Shown here in pieces: positions 11,175-18,774 of a stretch of DNA of 24,000 nucleotides. Position numbers and translations under genes: made by a program. The number at the start of each line of letters is the position of its first letter. The stretch's first letter is position 1. The stretch comes from Myxococcota bacterium (GTDB lineage: Bacteria > Myxococcota_A > UBA9160 > UBA6930), in the NCBI GenBank assembly GCA_020027245.1, contig JAHRAN010000066.1, forward strand, positions 6,994 to 30,993. Direction: 5' to 3'. Under the pieces are notes generated by a model. That model made no database searches and was not told the origin of the DNA. It was given only the letters and a program-made list of their open reading frames with translations.

Positions 11175-14100
11175 TGAGCACCCTCGCGCACACTCTGCAG
11201 GAACTCGCCAGGCAGCGCATCCTGATCAAGGACGGCGCCTTCGGCACACTGGTGCAGGCCGAGGCGCTCGGCGAGCAGGACTTCCGTGGCGAGCGCTTTG
11301 GCGATCACCCGACAGACTTGAAGGGCAACACCGACATCCTGACGCTGAGCCGGCCCGAGCTGGTGCGCGACATCCACGAGCGCTTTCTCGAAGCGGGCGC
11401 CGACCTGCTCGGCACGAACACCTTCACCGCCAACGCGATTTCGCAGGCGGACTACAAAGCGGCGGCGTTCGTGCGCGAGATGAACCGGCGCGCGGCGGAG
11501 CTTGCGTGCGCGGCCGCCGAGGCCTGGTCGGCGAAGACCCCGCACAAGCCGCGCTTCGTGGCTGGCGCCATCGGCCCCACCAACCGCACGCTGTCGCTCT
11601 CCCCCGATGTGAACGACCCCGCGGCGCGCAGCATCACCTGGGATGAACTCGTCCGCGCCTACCGCGAGCAGGTGCGGGGACTGCTCGAAGGCGGCGCGCA
11701 GTTGCTGCTCATCGAGACCATCTTCGACACGCTGAATGCGAAAGCCGCGCTGGTTGCGATAGATGAGGTGTTCCGCGAGCGCGGCAAGCGCGTGCCGCTG
11801 CTGGTGTCGCTCACCGTCACCGACAACAGCGGCCGCACCTTGTCGGGGCAGACTGTTGACGCCTTCTATCATTCGATCCGCCACGCCGACCCGCTCTTCG
11901 TCGGCATCAACTGCTCGCTCGGCGCCGCGCATCTGCGGCCCTACCTCGTTGAACTCGCCGGGAGCGCGGACACCCTGACTTCCTGTTACCCGAACGCGGG
12001 CCTGCCGAATGCGATGGGCGAATATGATGAATCGCCAGCGCAGAGCGGCGCGCTGCTGCGCGAGTTCGGGGAGAGCGGCTTGCTCAATCTGGTCGGCGGT
12101 TGCTGCGGCATGGGGCCGGCGCACATCAAGGCCATCGCCGAGCAGGTCGAGGGCCTGCCGCCGCGCCAGCCGAACCGGGAGCGGCCCGCGCGCACCCGGT
12201 TCTCCGGGCTCGAAACCCTCGAACTGCGCCCCGAGAGCGGCTTTCAGATGATCGGCGAGCGCACCAATGTGACCGGCTCGGCGCGCTTTCGCCGCCTGAT
12301 CCGGGAGCAGGACTTCGAGGGCGCGAGCCGCGTGGCGCTCGATCAGGTGCGCGGCGGCGCCAACCTGCTCGATGTCAACATGGACGAGGGCCTGCTCGAC
12401 AGCGCCGCCTGCATGCGCCGCTTCCTGAACACGATCGCCGCCGATCCCGAAATCGCGCGCGTGCCGGTGATGATTGACAGCTCGAAGTTCGAGGTGATCG
12501 AGGCCGGGCTGCAGTGCTGTCAGGGCAAGAGCGTCGTCAACTCCATCTCGCTGAAGGATGGCGAGCCGCGTTTTCTGGAAACCGCCAGACAGGTGCGGCG
12601 CTACGGCGCGGCGGTGGTGGTGATGGCCTTCGATGAAAAAGGCCAGGCCGACACGCTCGCGCGCAAGGTCGAGATCTGCAAGCGCGCCTTCGATCTGCTG
12701 ACGCAGCAGGCCGGGTTCCCGCCCGAGGACATCATCTTCGACCCGAACATTCTGGCGATCGGCACCGGCCTGGAGGAGCACGCCGCCTACGCGCTGGCCT
12801 TCATCGAGGCGACCCGCGAGATCAAGAAGCGCTGCCCCGGCGTGCACATCTCCGGCGGCGTTTCGAACCTCTCGTTCTCTTTCCGCGGCAACGACCGGGT
12901 GCGCGAGGCAATCCACTCGGCGTTTCTCTATCACGCGGTGCAGGCTGGCCTCGACATGGGCATCGTGAACGCCGGGCAGCTCGAGGTGTATGAGGACATC
13001 CCCGAAGCGTTGCGCGAGCGCGTCGAGGACCTGCTGCTGAACCGCCGCCCCGACGCCACCGAGCGGCTGGTGGACTTCGCAAGCAGCGTTCGCGGCGGAT
13101 CAAAAACAAAAACGCGCGAGCGCGATGAGGGCTGGCGCGAGCTGCCGGTCAAAAAGCGTCTCGCACACGCGCTGCGCCACGGCATCACCGACTGGATCGA
13201 AGCGGACACCGAAGAGGCGCGGCGCGAACTCGGCCAGCCGCTTCTCGTCATCGAAGGCCCCTTGATGGACGGCATGAACGAGGTCGGCGAACTCTTCGGC
13301 AGCGGACAGATGTTCCTGCCGCAGGTGGTGAAGAGCGCGCGCGCAATGAAACAGGCGGTGGCCGTGCTCGAACCCTGGATGGAGACCGAGCGCGCGCAGG
13401 GCGGAGCATCGAACAAGGGGCGCGTGGTGATCGCCACCGTGAAGGGCGATGTACACGACATCGGCAAAAACATCGTCGCCGTGGTGCTGCGCTGCAACAA
13501 CTATGAGGTCATTGATCTCGGCGTGATGGCGCCGGTCGAGAAAATTCTCGAAACGGCGCGCGAGAAGGACTGCGATCTGATCGGCCTCTCCGGTCTGATC
13601 ACACCGAGCCTCGACGAGATGCAAAATGTGGCGAAGGAAATGCAGCGGCGCGGCGTGACCCTGCCGCTGCTGATCGGCGGCGCCACGACGAGCCGGAAGC
13701 ACACTGCAGTGCGCATCGCGCCCGCCTTCGAGGCGCAGCCGGTGCTGCACGTGAAGGACGCATCGCGCGCGGTCGGCGTGGTCGCGCAACTGCTCGACCC
13801 CGACAAGCGGCGCACACTCGACGCCGATAACCGCCGCCAGCAAGAGCAACTGCGCGCGCTGCACGCCGGGCAACTCCAGCGGGAGCGGCTCAGCCTCGAA
13901 GCGGCGCGGGCGGCAAAGCCGCAACTCGAATGGCGCGACGAGGCGCCGGCCACGCCCACCTTTCTGGGCCGCCGCGCGCTGCAAGCGCCACTCGAAGAAT
14001 TGCGCGAAACCATAGACTGGAGCTTCTTTTTCAGCGCCTGGGAATTGCGCGGGCGCTACCCCGCCATCCTCGATCACCCGCAGAAGGGCGAGGAGGCGCG

Positions 14101-14869
14101 ACGGCTTTACGACGACGCCAACCGCCTGCTCGACCGCATCATCGCCGAGGGGTTGATCGAGGCGCGCGGCGTTTATGGCTTCTGGCGCGCCGCCGCAGAC
14201 GGTGACGACATCGTGCTCTACGACGACAAAGACCCGACCCGCGAGCGCTGCCGCTTCCCGATGCTGCGGCAGCAACACCCGAAGGGCAGCAGCGAGCCTT
14301 GCCGGTCGCTCTCCGACTTCGTGGCGCCACGGGGTTCGGGCAGCGGCGATTCGGTCGGCGCGTTCGCGGTCACCGCGGGCATCGGCGCCGATGAACTGGC
14401 GCGGCGCTTCGAGCAGGACGAGAACGACCCCTACCAGTCCATCATGGTCAAGGCGCTGGCCGACCGGCTGGCCGAGAGTTTCGCCGAGTGGCTGCACGCA
14501 CGCGTTCGCCGCGAGTGGGGCTACGGCCGCGACGAGAACTTCACGAACGAGGAGTTGATAGCAGAGCGCTATCGCGGCATCCGCCCGGCCTTCGGTTACC
14601 CGGCCTGCCCCGATCACAGCCGCAAAGGCACCCTCTTCGAGTTGCTCGACGCCGAACAGCAGGGCATCGCGCTGACCGGGAGCATGATGATGACTCCCGC
14701 CGCCAGCGTCTCGGGACTGTACTTCGCGCATCCGAAAGCGCGGTACTTCGACATCGGGCGCATCGGACGCGACCAGGTGCAGGACTACGCCGCGCGCTGC
14801 GGCTGCGAGGTCGCCGAGGTCGAGCGCTGGCTCGCGTCGAACCTCGGCTACGAACCGGCAGCGCGCTGA
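11174..14869 (+). CDS. metH: Cobalamin-dependent methionine synthase (5-methyltetrahydrofolate-homocysteine methyltransferase)
   Basis: 1231 aa from the ATG at 11174, which overlaps the sahR stop as TGATG. All modules are present: Hcy-binding (GGCCG), pterin-binding, B12 cap and B12-binding domain with [10 protein letters not shown] (DxHxxG), and the AdoMet activation domain ([12 protein letters not shown]). The track ORF start at 11000 lies inside sahR and is rejected. Confidence 0.97.
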   Translation: MSTLAHTLQELARQRILIKDGAFGTLVQAEALGEQDFRGERFGDHPTDLKGNTDILTLSRPELVRDIHERFLEAGADLLGTNTFTANAISQADYKAAAFVREMNRRAAELACAAAEAWSAKTPHKPRFVAGAIGPTNRTLSLSPDVNDPAARSITWDELVRAYREQVRGLLEGGAQLLLIETIFDTLNAKAALVAIDEVFRERGKRVPLLVSLTVTDNSGRTLSGQTVDAFYHSIRHADPLFVGINCSLGAAHLRPYLVELAGSADTLTSCYPNAGLPNAMGEYDESPAQSGALLREFGESGLLNLVGGCCGMGPAHIKAIAEQVEGLPPRQPNRERPARTRFSGLETLELRPESGFQMIGERTNVTGSARFRRLIREQDFEGASRVALDQVRGGANLLDVNMDEGLLDSAACMRRFLNTIAADPEIARVPVMIDSSKFEVIEAGLQCCQGKSVVNSISLKDGEPRFLETARQVRRYGAAVVVMAFDEKGQADTLARKVEICKRAFDLLTQQAGFPPEDIIFDPNILAIGTGLEEHAAYALAFIEATREIKKRCPGVHISGGVSNLSFSFRGNDRVREAIHSAFLYHAVQAGLDMGIVNAGQLEVYEDIPEALRERVEDLLLNRRPDATERLVDFASSVRGGSKTKTRERDEGWRELPVKKRLAHALRHGITDWIEADTEEARRELGQPLLVIEGPLMDGMNEVGELFGSGQMFLPQVVKSARAMKQAVAVLEPWMETERAQGGASNKGRVVIATVKGDVHDIGKNIVAVVLRCNNYEVIDLGVMAPVEKILETAREKDCDLIGLSGLITPSLDEMQNVAKEMQRRGVTLPLLIGGATTSRKHTAVRIAPAFEAQPVLHVKDASRAVGVVAQLLDPDKRRTLDADNRRQQEQLRALHAGQLQRERLSLEAARAAKPQLEWRDEAPATPTFLGRRALQAPLEELRETIDWSFFFSAWELRGRYPAILDHPQKGEEARRLYDDANRLLDRIIAEGLIEARGVYGFWRAAADGDDIVLYDDKDPTRERCRFPMLRQQHPKGSSEPCRSLSDFVAPRGSGSGDSVGAFAVTAGIGADELARRFEQDENDPYQSIMVKALADRLAESFAEWLHARVRREWGYGRDENFTNEELIAERYRGIRPAFGYPACPDHSRKGTLFELLDAEQQGIALTGSMMMTPAASVSGLYFAHPKARYFDIGRIGRDQVQDYAARCGCEVAEVERWLASNLGYEPAAR

Positions 14870-14870
14870 A

Positions 14871-15000
14871 CTCCGGCAGCGGCTCGGCGCGGTCAACGGG
14901 CGGGGCGGGTTCCGGCGGCGGCTCGGACAGCCGCTCGGGGCGGTCAACAGGATGGGCGGGGTGCGTAGCACCCCGGTCGCGGTCAACGGGAGTGAGGCGC
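14871..15000. repeat. Tandem repeat array A (about 3 units of a 39-bp repeat, one with a 12-nt internal duplication, the last degenerate)
   Basis: Unit consensus: YTCCGGCAGCSGCTCGGSGCGGTCAAMRGGMTGGGCGRR. A1 is 14871-14909. A2 is 14910-14960 and contains a duplicated CGGCGGCTCGGA/CAGCCGCTCGGG segment. A3 is 14961-15000 and is degenerate but retains GCGGTCAACGGGA. The array starts 1 nt after the metH stop. Confidence 0.8.
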
Positions 15001-15019
15001 TGTGTTGTTAAAGACTCGG

Positions 15020-15051
15020 CGGGGGGCGACAGCACACGCCCCGCGGCTTTT
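15020..15051 (+). terminator. Candidate Rho-independent terminator downstream of metH
   Basis: CGgGGGGCG (15020-15028) pairs with CGCCCCgCG (15037-15045). That gives 8 bp, one G-G mismatch and an 8-nt loop ACAGCACA, followed by GCTTTTG. The T-tract is short (4 T). Confidence 0.35.
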
Positions 15052-15067
15052 GCTCTAGGCTCGTGGC

Positions 15068-15766
15068 ATGACCCGGCGCATTCAGGCTGCGCTCTTCGAT
15101 GTGGCGGGAACCCTGCTGCTGCTGCGCGAGCCGGTCGGCGTCTGCTACGCGCGCATCGCCCGAAGTCACGGCGTAACGCTGCCCGCCGCGCGGCTGGACG
15201 AGGCCTTCGCGCGCGTATTTGCGGCGGCGCCCGCCAATGTTCACCCGGGGCAGCCGATGTGGAAGAGCGCCAGGCTCGAGCGCGAGTGGTGGCGCGCGCG
15301 GCTGCGTGAGACTTTTCGCGCCGCCGACCAGAGCGTGTGCTTCAATAACTTCAATACTTTTTATGACGAGGTCTGGGCGCACTACGCCTCGCCCGCAGCC
15401 TGGCGCGTGGCCGACGGCGCGCGCGAAGCGCTCAGCAAGCTGGCGGCATCCGGCGTGCTGCTCGGCGCGCTGTCGAACTTCGATCAGCGCCTGCGGCCAC
15501 TGCTCACCGCCTTCGAGCTGCACGCCTGCTTCGACGCCGTCACCACCCCCGCCGACGCAGGCGCCGCAAAGCCCGACCGCGCCATCTTCGATGTCTGCCT
15601 GAAGCGGCTCAACACGCCTGCGCCGCGCGCGCTGTACATCGGCAACCAGGCAGCCGGGGACATCGAGGCGGCCCGCGCCGCCGGCCTTCACGCCATCGCC
15701 GTGGAGCAAATCCAGAGCCTCGCGGCGCTGCCGGACGAAGTCGCCCGCATCGAGGCCAGCGAATGA
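15068..15766 (+). CDS. HAD-superfamily hydrolase, subfamily IA (REG-2/haloacid-dehalogenase-like variant; motif I D-x-A instead of D-x-D)
   Basis: 232 aa. Motif I is AALFDVAGTLL, motif II LSNFD, motif III K in AAKPD, and motif IV YIGNQAAGDIEAARAAGL. A helical cap lies between motifs I and II. Confidence 0.85.
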   Translation: MTRRIQAALFDVAGTLLLLREPVGVCYARIARSHGVTLPAARLDEAFARVFAAAPANVHPGQPMWKSARLEREWWRARLRETFRAADQSVCFNNFNTFYDEVWAHYASPAAWRVADGAREALSKLAASGVLLGALSNFDQRLRPLLTAFELHACFDAVTTPADAGAAKPDRAIFDVCLKRLNTPAPRALYIGNQAAGDIEAARAAGLHAIAVEQIQSLAALPDEVARIEASE

Positions 15767-15832
15767 CGAAACCCCGGCCGCACTCCGCTACGCTGCTAGA
15801 TTGGCAAGTGCGCAGGCGGCGCCATACGACGC

Positions 15833-15949
15833 CTCCGGCAGCCGCCCGGGGCGGTCAAAAGGATGGGCGGATTCCGGCAGCGGCTCGGCGCGGTCCAAAG
15901 GCTGGGCGAGTTCCGGCAGCCGCTCGGGGCGGTCAACGGGATGGAGCGC
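15833..15949. repeat. Tandem repeat array B (3 exactly phased 39-bp units, same family and orientation as array A)
   Basis: B1 15833-15871: CTCCGGCAGCCGCCCGGGGCGGTCAAAAGGATGGGCGGA. B2 15872-15910: TTCCGGCAGCGGCTCGGCGCGGTCCAAAGGCTGGGCGAG. B3 15911-15949: TTCCGGCAGCCGCTCGGGGCGGTCAACGGGATGGAGCGCG. B2 matches A1 at 33 of 39 positions. The array lies between the HAD stop (15766) and the MBL start (15990). Confidence 0.85.
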
Positions 15950-15989
15950 GCCGCGCGACGCAACGCGTCGCTCGGCGCGCGGAGGATTG

Positions 15990-16874
15990 ATGGCGGACGC
16001 ACCCGTACTGCTGGGGATGGAGTTGCCGGACACCGACGTCTGGTCGGAGCGCGTCACCGTGGCGCTCGGCCAGAACCCGGGCGCGTTCACCGGCCCCGGC
16101 ACCAACACCTACCTGATCGGCCGCGGGGTCAAACGCCTGCTGCTCGACCCCGGCGAGGGGCGCGCGGCATACCTGCCGGTGCTCGAAGCCGCCCTCGAGC
16201 GCGCGGAATGCGAGGGCATCGAGGCCATTGTGCTGACCCACGCGCACCCCGACCACATCGGCGGCGTGCGCTCGGTGCGGGAGCGCTTTGGCCGTGTGCC
16301 CGTCTTCAAGTTTCTTCACGCCGAGTGCGACGCGGGCTACGAAGACCTCGATCTCCAGCCGCTCGCCGACGGTGAGCGCATCGAAACCACGGGCGCCACG
16401 CTGCGCGGTCTGCACACGCCGGGGCATGCGCGCGATCACCTCTGCTTCGTGCTCGAAGAAGAGCGGGCGCTGTTCTCCGGCGACAACGTGCTGGGCGTCG
16501 GCACAACCGTGATCCCCCTCGGCAGCGGCGACCTCGGCGCCTACATGGCCTCGCTCGAGCGGCTGCTGGCCGAGGCGCCGCGCTGCATCTACCCGGCGCA
16601 TGGCCCGAAAATCGAGGACGGGGTCGGCAAGCTGCGCGAGTACATCGCGCACCGAAATCAGCGCGAAGCGCAGGTGAGAGCGGAACTCGAGCGCGGGCCG
16701 CGCGACGCCATGGGCATCGTGCGCGTGCTGTATGAGGCGTACCCGGCCACTCTGCATCCGGTGGCGGCCCAGTCGGTGTGTCAGCACCTGCTGAAGCTCG
16801 AACGCGAGGGGCGGGTGCGTTGCGATGGCAAAGACCCGCTCGAAGCCACCTGGCGCGCGACCACCGAAGCCTGA
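15990..16874 (+). CDS. MBL-fold metallo-hydrolase (LACTB2/glyoxalase-II-like, with C-terminal winged-helix-like segment)
   Basis: 294 aa from the ATG at 15990, with a strong SD GGAGGA at 15981-15986. Motifs: GTNTYLIG, HxHxDH as LTHAHPDHIGG, HTPGHARDH, and YPAHGP. The track start at 15801 would translate the repeat array and is rejected. Confidence 0.85.
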   Translation: MADAPVLLGMELPDTDVWSERVTVALGQNPGAFTGPGTNTYLIGRGVKRLLLDPGEGRAAYLPVLEAALERAECEGIEAIVLTHAHPDHIGGVRSVRERFGRVPVFKFLHAECDAGYEDLDLQPLADGERIETTGATLRGLHTPGHARDHLCFVLEEERALFSGDNVLGVGTTVIPLGSGDLGAYMASLERLLAEAPRCIYPAHGPKIEDGVGKLREYIAHRNQREAQVRAELERGPRDAMGIVRVLYEAYPATLHPVAAQSVCQHLLKLEREGRVRCDGKDPLEATWRATTEA

Positions 16875-16883
16875 TGTGCGCCA

Positions 16884-16926
16884 CCCGTGGCCGCCACTTG
16901 CCCACCCGCGCCACGGGCTGTATTTT
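16884..16926 (+). terminator. Candidate terminator/hairpin downstream of the MBL hydrolase gene
   Basis: CCCGTGGC (16884-16891) pairs perfectly with GCCACGGG (16910-16917) across an 18-nt loop, followed by CTGTATTTTGG. The large loop and the 5-nt gap before the T-tract make it weak. CGCCAC occurs three times in this spacer (16879, 16892, 16909). Confidence 0.3.
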
Positions 16927-16961
16927 GGAACACACCGTCACCTGCAAAGGAGAACCAGACC

Positions 16962-17387
16962 ATGGCCACGTTGAAAGGCAGCCGCACGCATCAGAACCTG
17001 AAGGACGCCTTCGCCGGCGAGTCCCAGGCCAACCGGCGCTACCTGTATTTCGCCCGGCAGGCGGACATCGAGGGCTACCCGGATGTCGGCGGGTTGTTCC
17101 GCGACACGGCCGAGGCCGAGACCGGCCACGCCCACGGCCACCTCGACTACCTGAAGGCGGTCGGCGACCCGGCCACCGATAAACCCATCGGCTCGACCGA
17201 CAAGAACCTGGTCGCCGCGGTGACCGGCGAGACTTTTGAGTACACCGAGATGTACCCGGGCATGGCGAAAACCGCGCGTGACGAGCAGCACGCGGAGATC
17301 GCCGAGTGGTTCGAAACACTCGCCAAAGCCGAGAAGAGTCACGCGGGTCGCTTCCAGAAGGCGCTCGACGAACTCGAGAGCCTCTAG
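16962..17387 (+). CDS. Rubrerythrin-family diiron protein lacking the rubredoxin domain
   Basis: 141 aa from the ATG at 16962, with SD AAAGGAGA at 16946-16953. The sequence is [35 protein letters not shown]... It has the ferritin-like four-helix pattern with E...ExxH twice: GESQAN / [10 protein letters not shown], and [10 protein letters not shown] / AEKSHAGRF. There are no C-terminal CxxC pairs. Confidence 0.85.
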   Translation: MATLKGSRTHQNLKDAFAGESQANRRYLYFARQADIEGYPDVGGLFRDTAEAETGHAHGHLDYLKAVGDPATDKPIGSTDKNLVAAVTGETFEYTEMYPGMAKTARDEQHAEIAEWFETLAKAEKSHAGRFQKALDELESL

Positions 17388-17391
17388 GCGC

Positions 17392-17435
17392 GGGGCGGCG
17401 GCGGCAGCCCCGGCGGGCGACCGCCGCCCTGCCCC
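17392..17435 (+). promoter_or_regulatory. Very stable GC-rich intercistronic stem-loop between the rubrerythrin and Fe-S protein genes
   Basis: GGGGC/GCCCC (17392-96 with 17431-35) and GGCGGCGG/CCGCCGCC (17397-17404 with 17421-28) pair, with a 2-nt bulge (17429-30). An inner GCCC/GGGC stem (17407-10 with 17415-18) closes on loop CGGC. That is 17 bp in total. There is no U-tract. It starts 5 nt after the stop codon, and the SD GGGGAGGGG of the next gene follows it. Confidence 0.5.
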
Positions 17436-17463
17436 AGCATCCACGGGGAGGGGTTAAACGGCA

Positions 17464-18774
17464 ATGAAGGTCGAGTTGCCGGAAAAGCCGAGTGGCGAGT
17501 GGCGCTACCACGACCCCGATTTTGGCGATTTCCACAAACTCGAACGGGAGCTGCGCCGGGTCGCGGACATCTGCCACCAGTGTCGCCGCTGCCTGCCGCT
17601 CTGTCCCTCGTTCCCGAAGCTCTTCGAGCTGGTGGACGCCAGCGCGGACGAAGTGGCGGGCGTCGCACTCGAGGGTTTCGATCAGGTCAACGAACTCTGT
17701 TACCACTGCAAGCTCTGTTACAACCACTGCCCCTACACGCCGCCCCACGAGTGGGATGTTGATTTTCCCGCGCTGATGCGCCGTCACCAGCAGGCGCGCG
17801 CAAGGCGTGACGGCGTGCCGCTGGCGCGACGGCTCACCACGCGCACGGATCTGCTCGGCAAGCTCGGCGCGCTGACGCCGCCGCTGATGAACTTCGCCAA
17901 CCGGAACCGCCTGTCCCGCGTGATGATGGAAAAAATTCTCGGCATCCACCGCGACTGGGTGCAGCCCGCCTTCCACCATCAGACCGTGAAGCGCTGGTTT
18001 AACCGCCGCCGCCGCCGCGCCGCCGCGCCAGCGACGGAAAGCAGCGCCCCGAACGGGCGCGTGGCGTTCTTCACCACCTGCTCGGTGAACTACAACGACC
18101 CGGTCGTCGGACGCGCCGCCGTGCGCGTGCTCGAACACAACGATGTGCTGGTGGAACTGGTCTATGAGCGCTGCTGCGGCATGCCCTTCACCGATACCGG
18201 CGACCTCGACGCGGCACGACGCAACGCCGAGCGCAATGTCGCCGACCTGCTGCCGCAGGTCGAAGCCGGCGCGCTGATCGTCGCGCCGGGGCCGTCGTGC
18301 TCGCTGATGCTGAAGGAGGAATACCCGCGGCTCTTGCCGGAGAGTGCCGCTGCAAAGCGCGTCGCCGCCGCCACGCGCGACCTGATGGAATACCTGCACG
18401 GTCTGGCGAAGGAGAAGAAACTGAAGCGGGACTTCAAACATTCCTTCGGGCGGGTCGCCTGCCACGCGCCCTGCCATCTGCGCGCGCAGAACATCGGCTT
18501 CCGCTCGCGCGACCTGCTCCGACTCTGCGCCGATGAGGTCGAGTTGGTGGACGCCTGCTCGGGTGTGGACGGCACCTGGGGCATGCAGGCGCGCTTTCAC
18601 GACGCCTCGCTGCAGGTGGCGGACAAAATGCTGAGCCGCATCAAAGCCACCGCTGCCGACCAGGTCAGCACCGACTGCCCGCTTTCTGCGCTGCGCATCG
18701 AAGAGGGGCTCGGCATCAAGGCCCGTCACCCCGTCGTGCTGCTCTGCGAAGCGTATGGGCTGCCGACGACATGA
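17464..18774 (+). CDS. HdrD/GlpC-type iron-sulfur protein (2x[4Fe-4S] ferredoxin motifs + two cysteine-rich CCG domains)
   Basis: 436 aa. Two CxxCxxCxxxCP motifs are present: CHQCRRCLPLCP and CYHCKLCYNHCP. The Cys-rich halves contain FFTTCSVN...ERCCGMPF...GPSCSLM and HAPCHLRA...DACSGVDG...TDCPLSA. There is no TM segment or signal peptide. Its stop overlaps the next start (ATGA at 18771-18774). Confidence 0.85.
   Translation: MKVELPEKPSGEWRYHDPDFGDFHKLERELRRVADICHQCRRCLPLCPSFPKLFELVDASADEVAGVALEGFDQVNELCYHCKLCYNHCPYTPPHEWDVDFPALMRRHQQARARRDGVPLARRLTTRTDLLGKLGALTPPLMNFANRNRLSRVMMEKILGIHRDWVQPAFHHQTVKRWFNRRRRRAAAPATESSAPNGRVAFFTTCSVNYNDPVVGRAAVRVLEHNDVLVELVYERCCGMPFTDTGDLDAARRNAERNVADLLPQVEAGALIVAPGPSCSLMLKEEYPRLLPESAAAKRVAAATRDLMEYLHGLAKEKKLKRDFKHSFGRVACHAPCHLRAQNIGFRSRDLLRLCADEVELVDACSGVDGTWGMQARFHDASLQVADKMLSRIKATAADQVSTDCPLSALRIEEGLGIKARHPVVLLCEAYGLPTT

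Noticed and set aside
11100-11180. Cobalamin, SAM or SAH riboswitch in front of metH.
   Set aside because: The metH ATG overlaps the sahR stop codon (TGATG), so no leader exists. The 151-bp spacer upstream of sahR shows no recognisable riboswitch core such as a B12 box.
10613-12934. 773-aa minus-strand ORF, plus 13100-14986 (628 aa) and 10179-11159 (326 aa), all antisense to metH or sahR.
   Set aside because: Same shadow-frame reasoning: there are no domains, the composition is skewed, and they are fully nested in strongly supported genes on the other strand.
14871-15949. CRISPR-array interpretation of the 39-bp repeats.
   Set aside because: The units abut directly with no unique spacers, each array has only about 3 units, the units diverge by 15-20 %, and no cas genes or leader are present.
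15801-15989. Upstream extension of the MBL hydrolase ORF that would translate repeat array B in frame as 13-aa repeats (SGSxxGRSKGWAx). Minus-strand ORFs 15788-16108 and 14541-15035 would translate the arrays as PVDRPERLPE-type repeats.
   Set aside because: A strong SD (GGAGGA) sits exactly 4-9 nt before the ATG at 15990, which matches the start of MBL homology. Array A has the same repeat but lies after the metH stop and is in frame with no gene. The minus-strand ORFs overlap metH or the MBL gene. The multiple-of-3 unit length is noted but coding is unlikely.
16921-16950. Sigma-54 promoter upstream of the rubrerythrin gene (TGGAAC...TGCA), and a similar look at TTGGCAAGTGCGCAGGC at 15801-15817.
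   Set aside because: The GG-to-GC spacing is wrong (15 nt instead of 10 in the first case), and the -12 element is absent in the second.
16306-18729. 807-aa minus-strand ORF spanning the MBL, rubrerythrin and Fe-S protein genes, and 19682-20782 (366 aa) antisense to maf-yggS.
   Set aside because: The first crosses three independent, well-supported plus-strand genes and their intergenic hairpins. Its translation is extreme Arg/Pro/Gly/Ala low complexity. Both are shadow ORFs.
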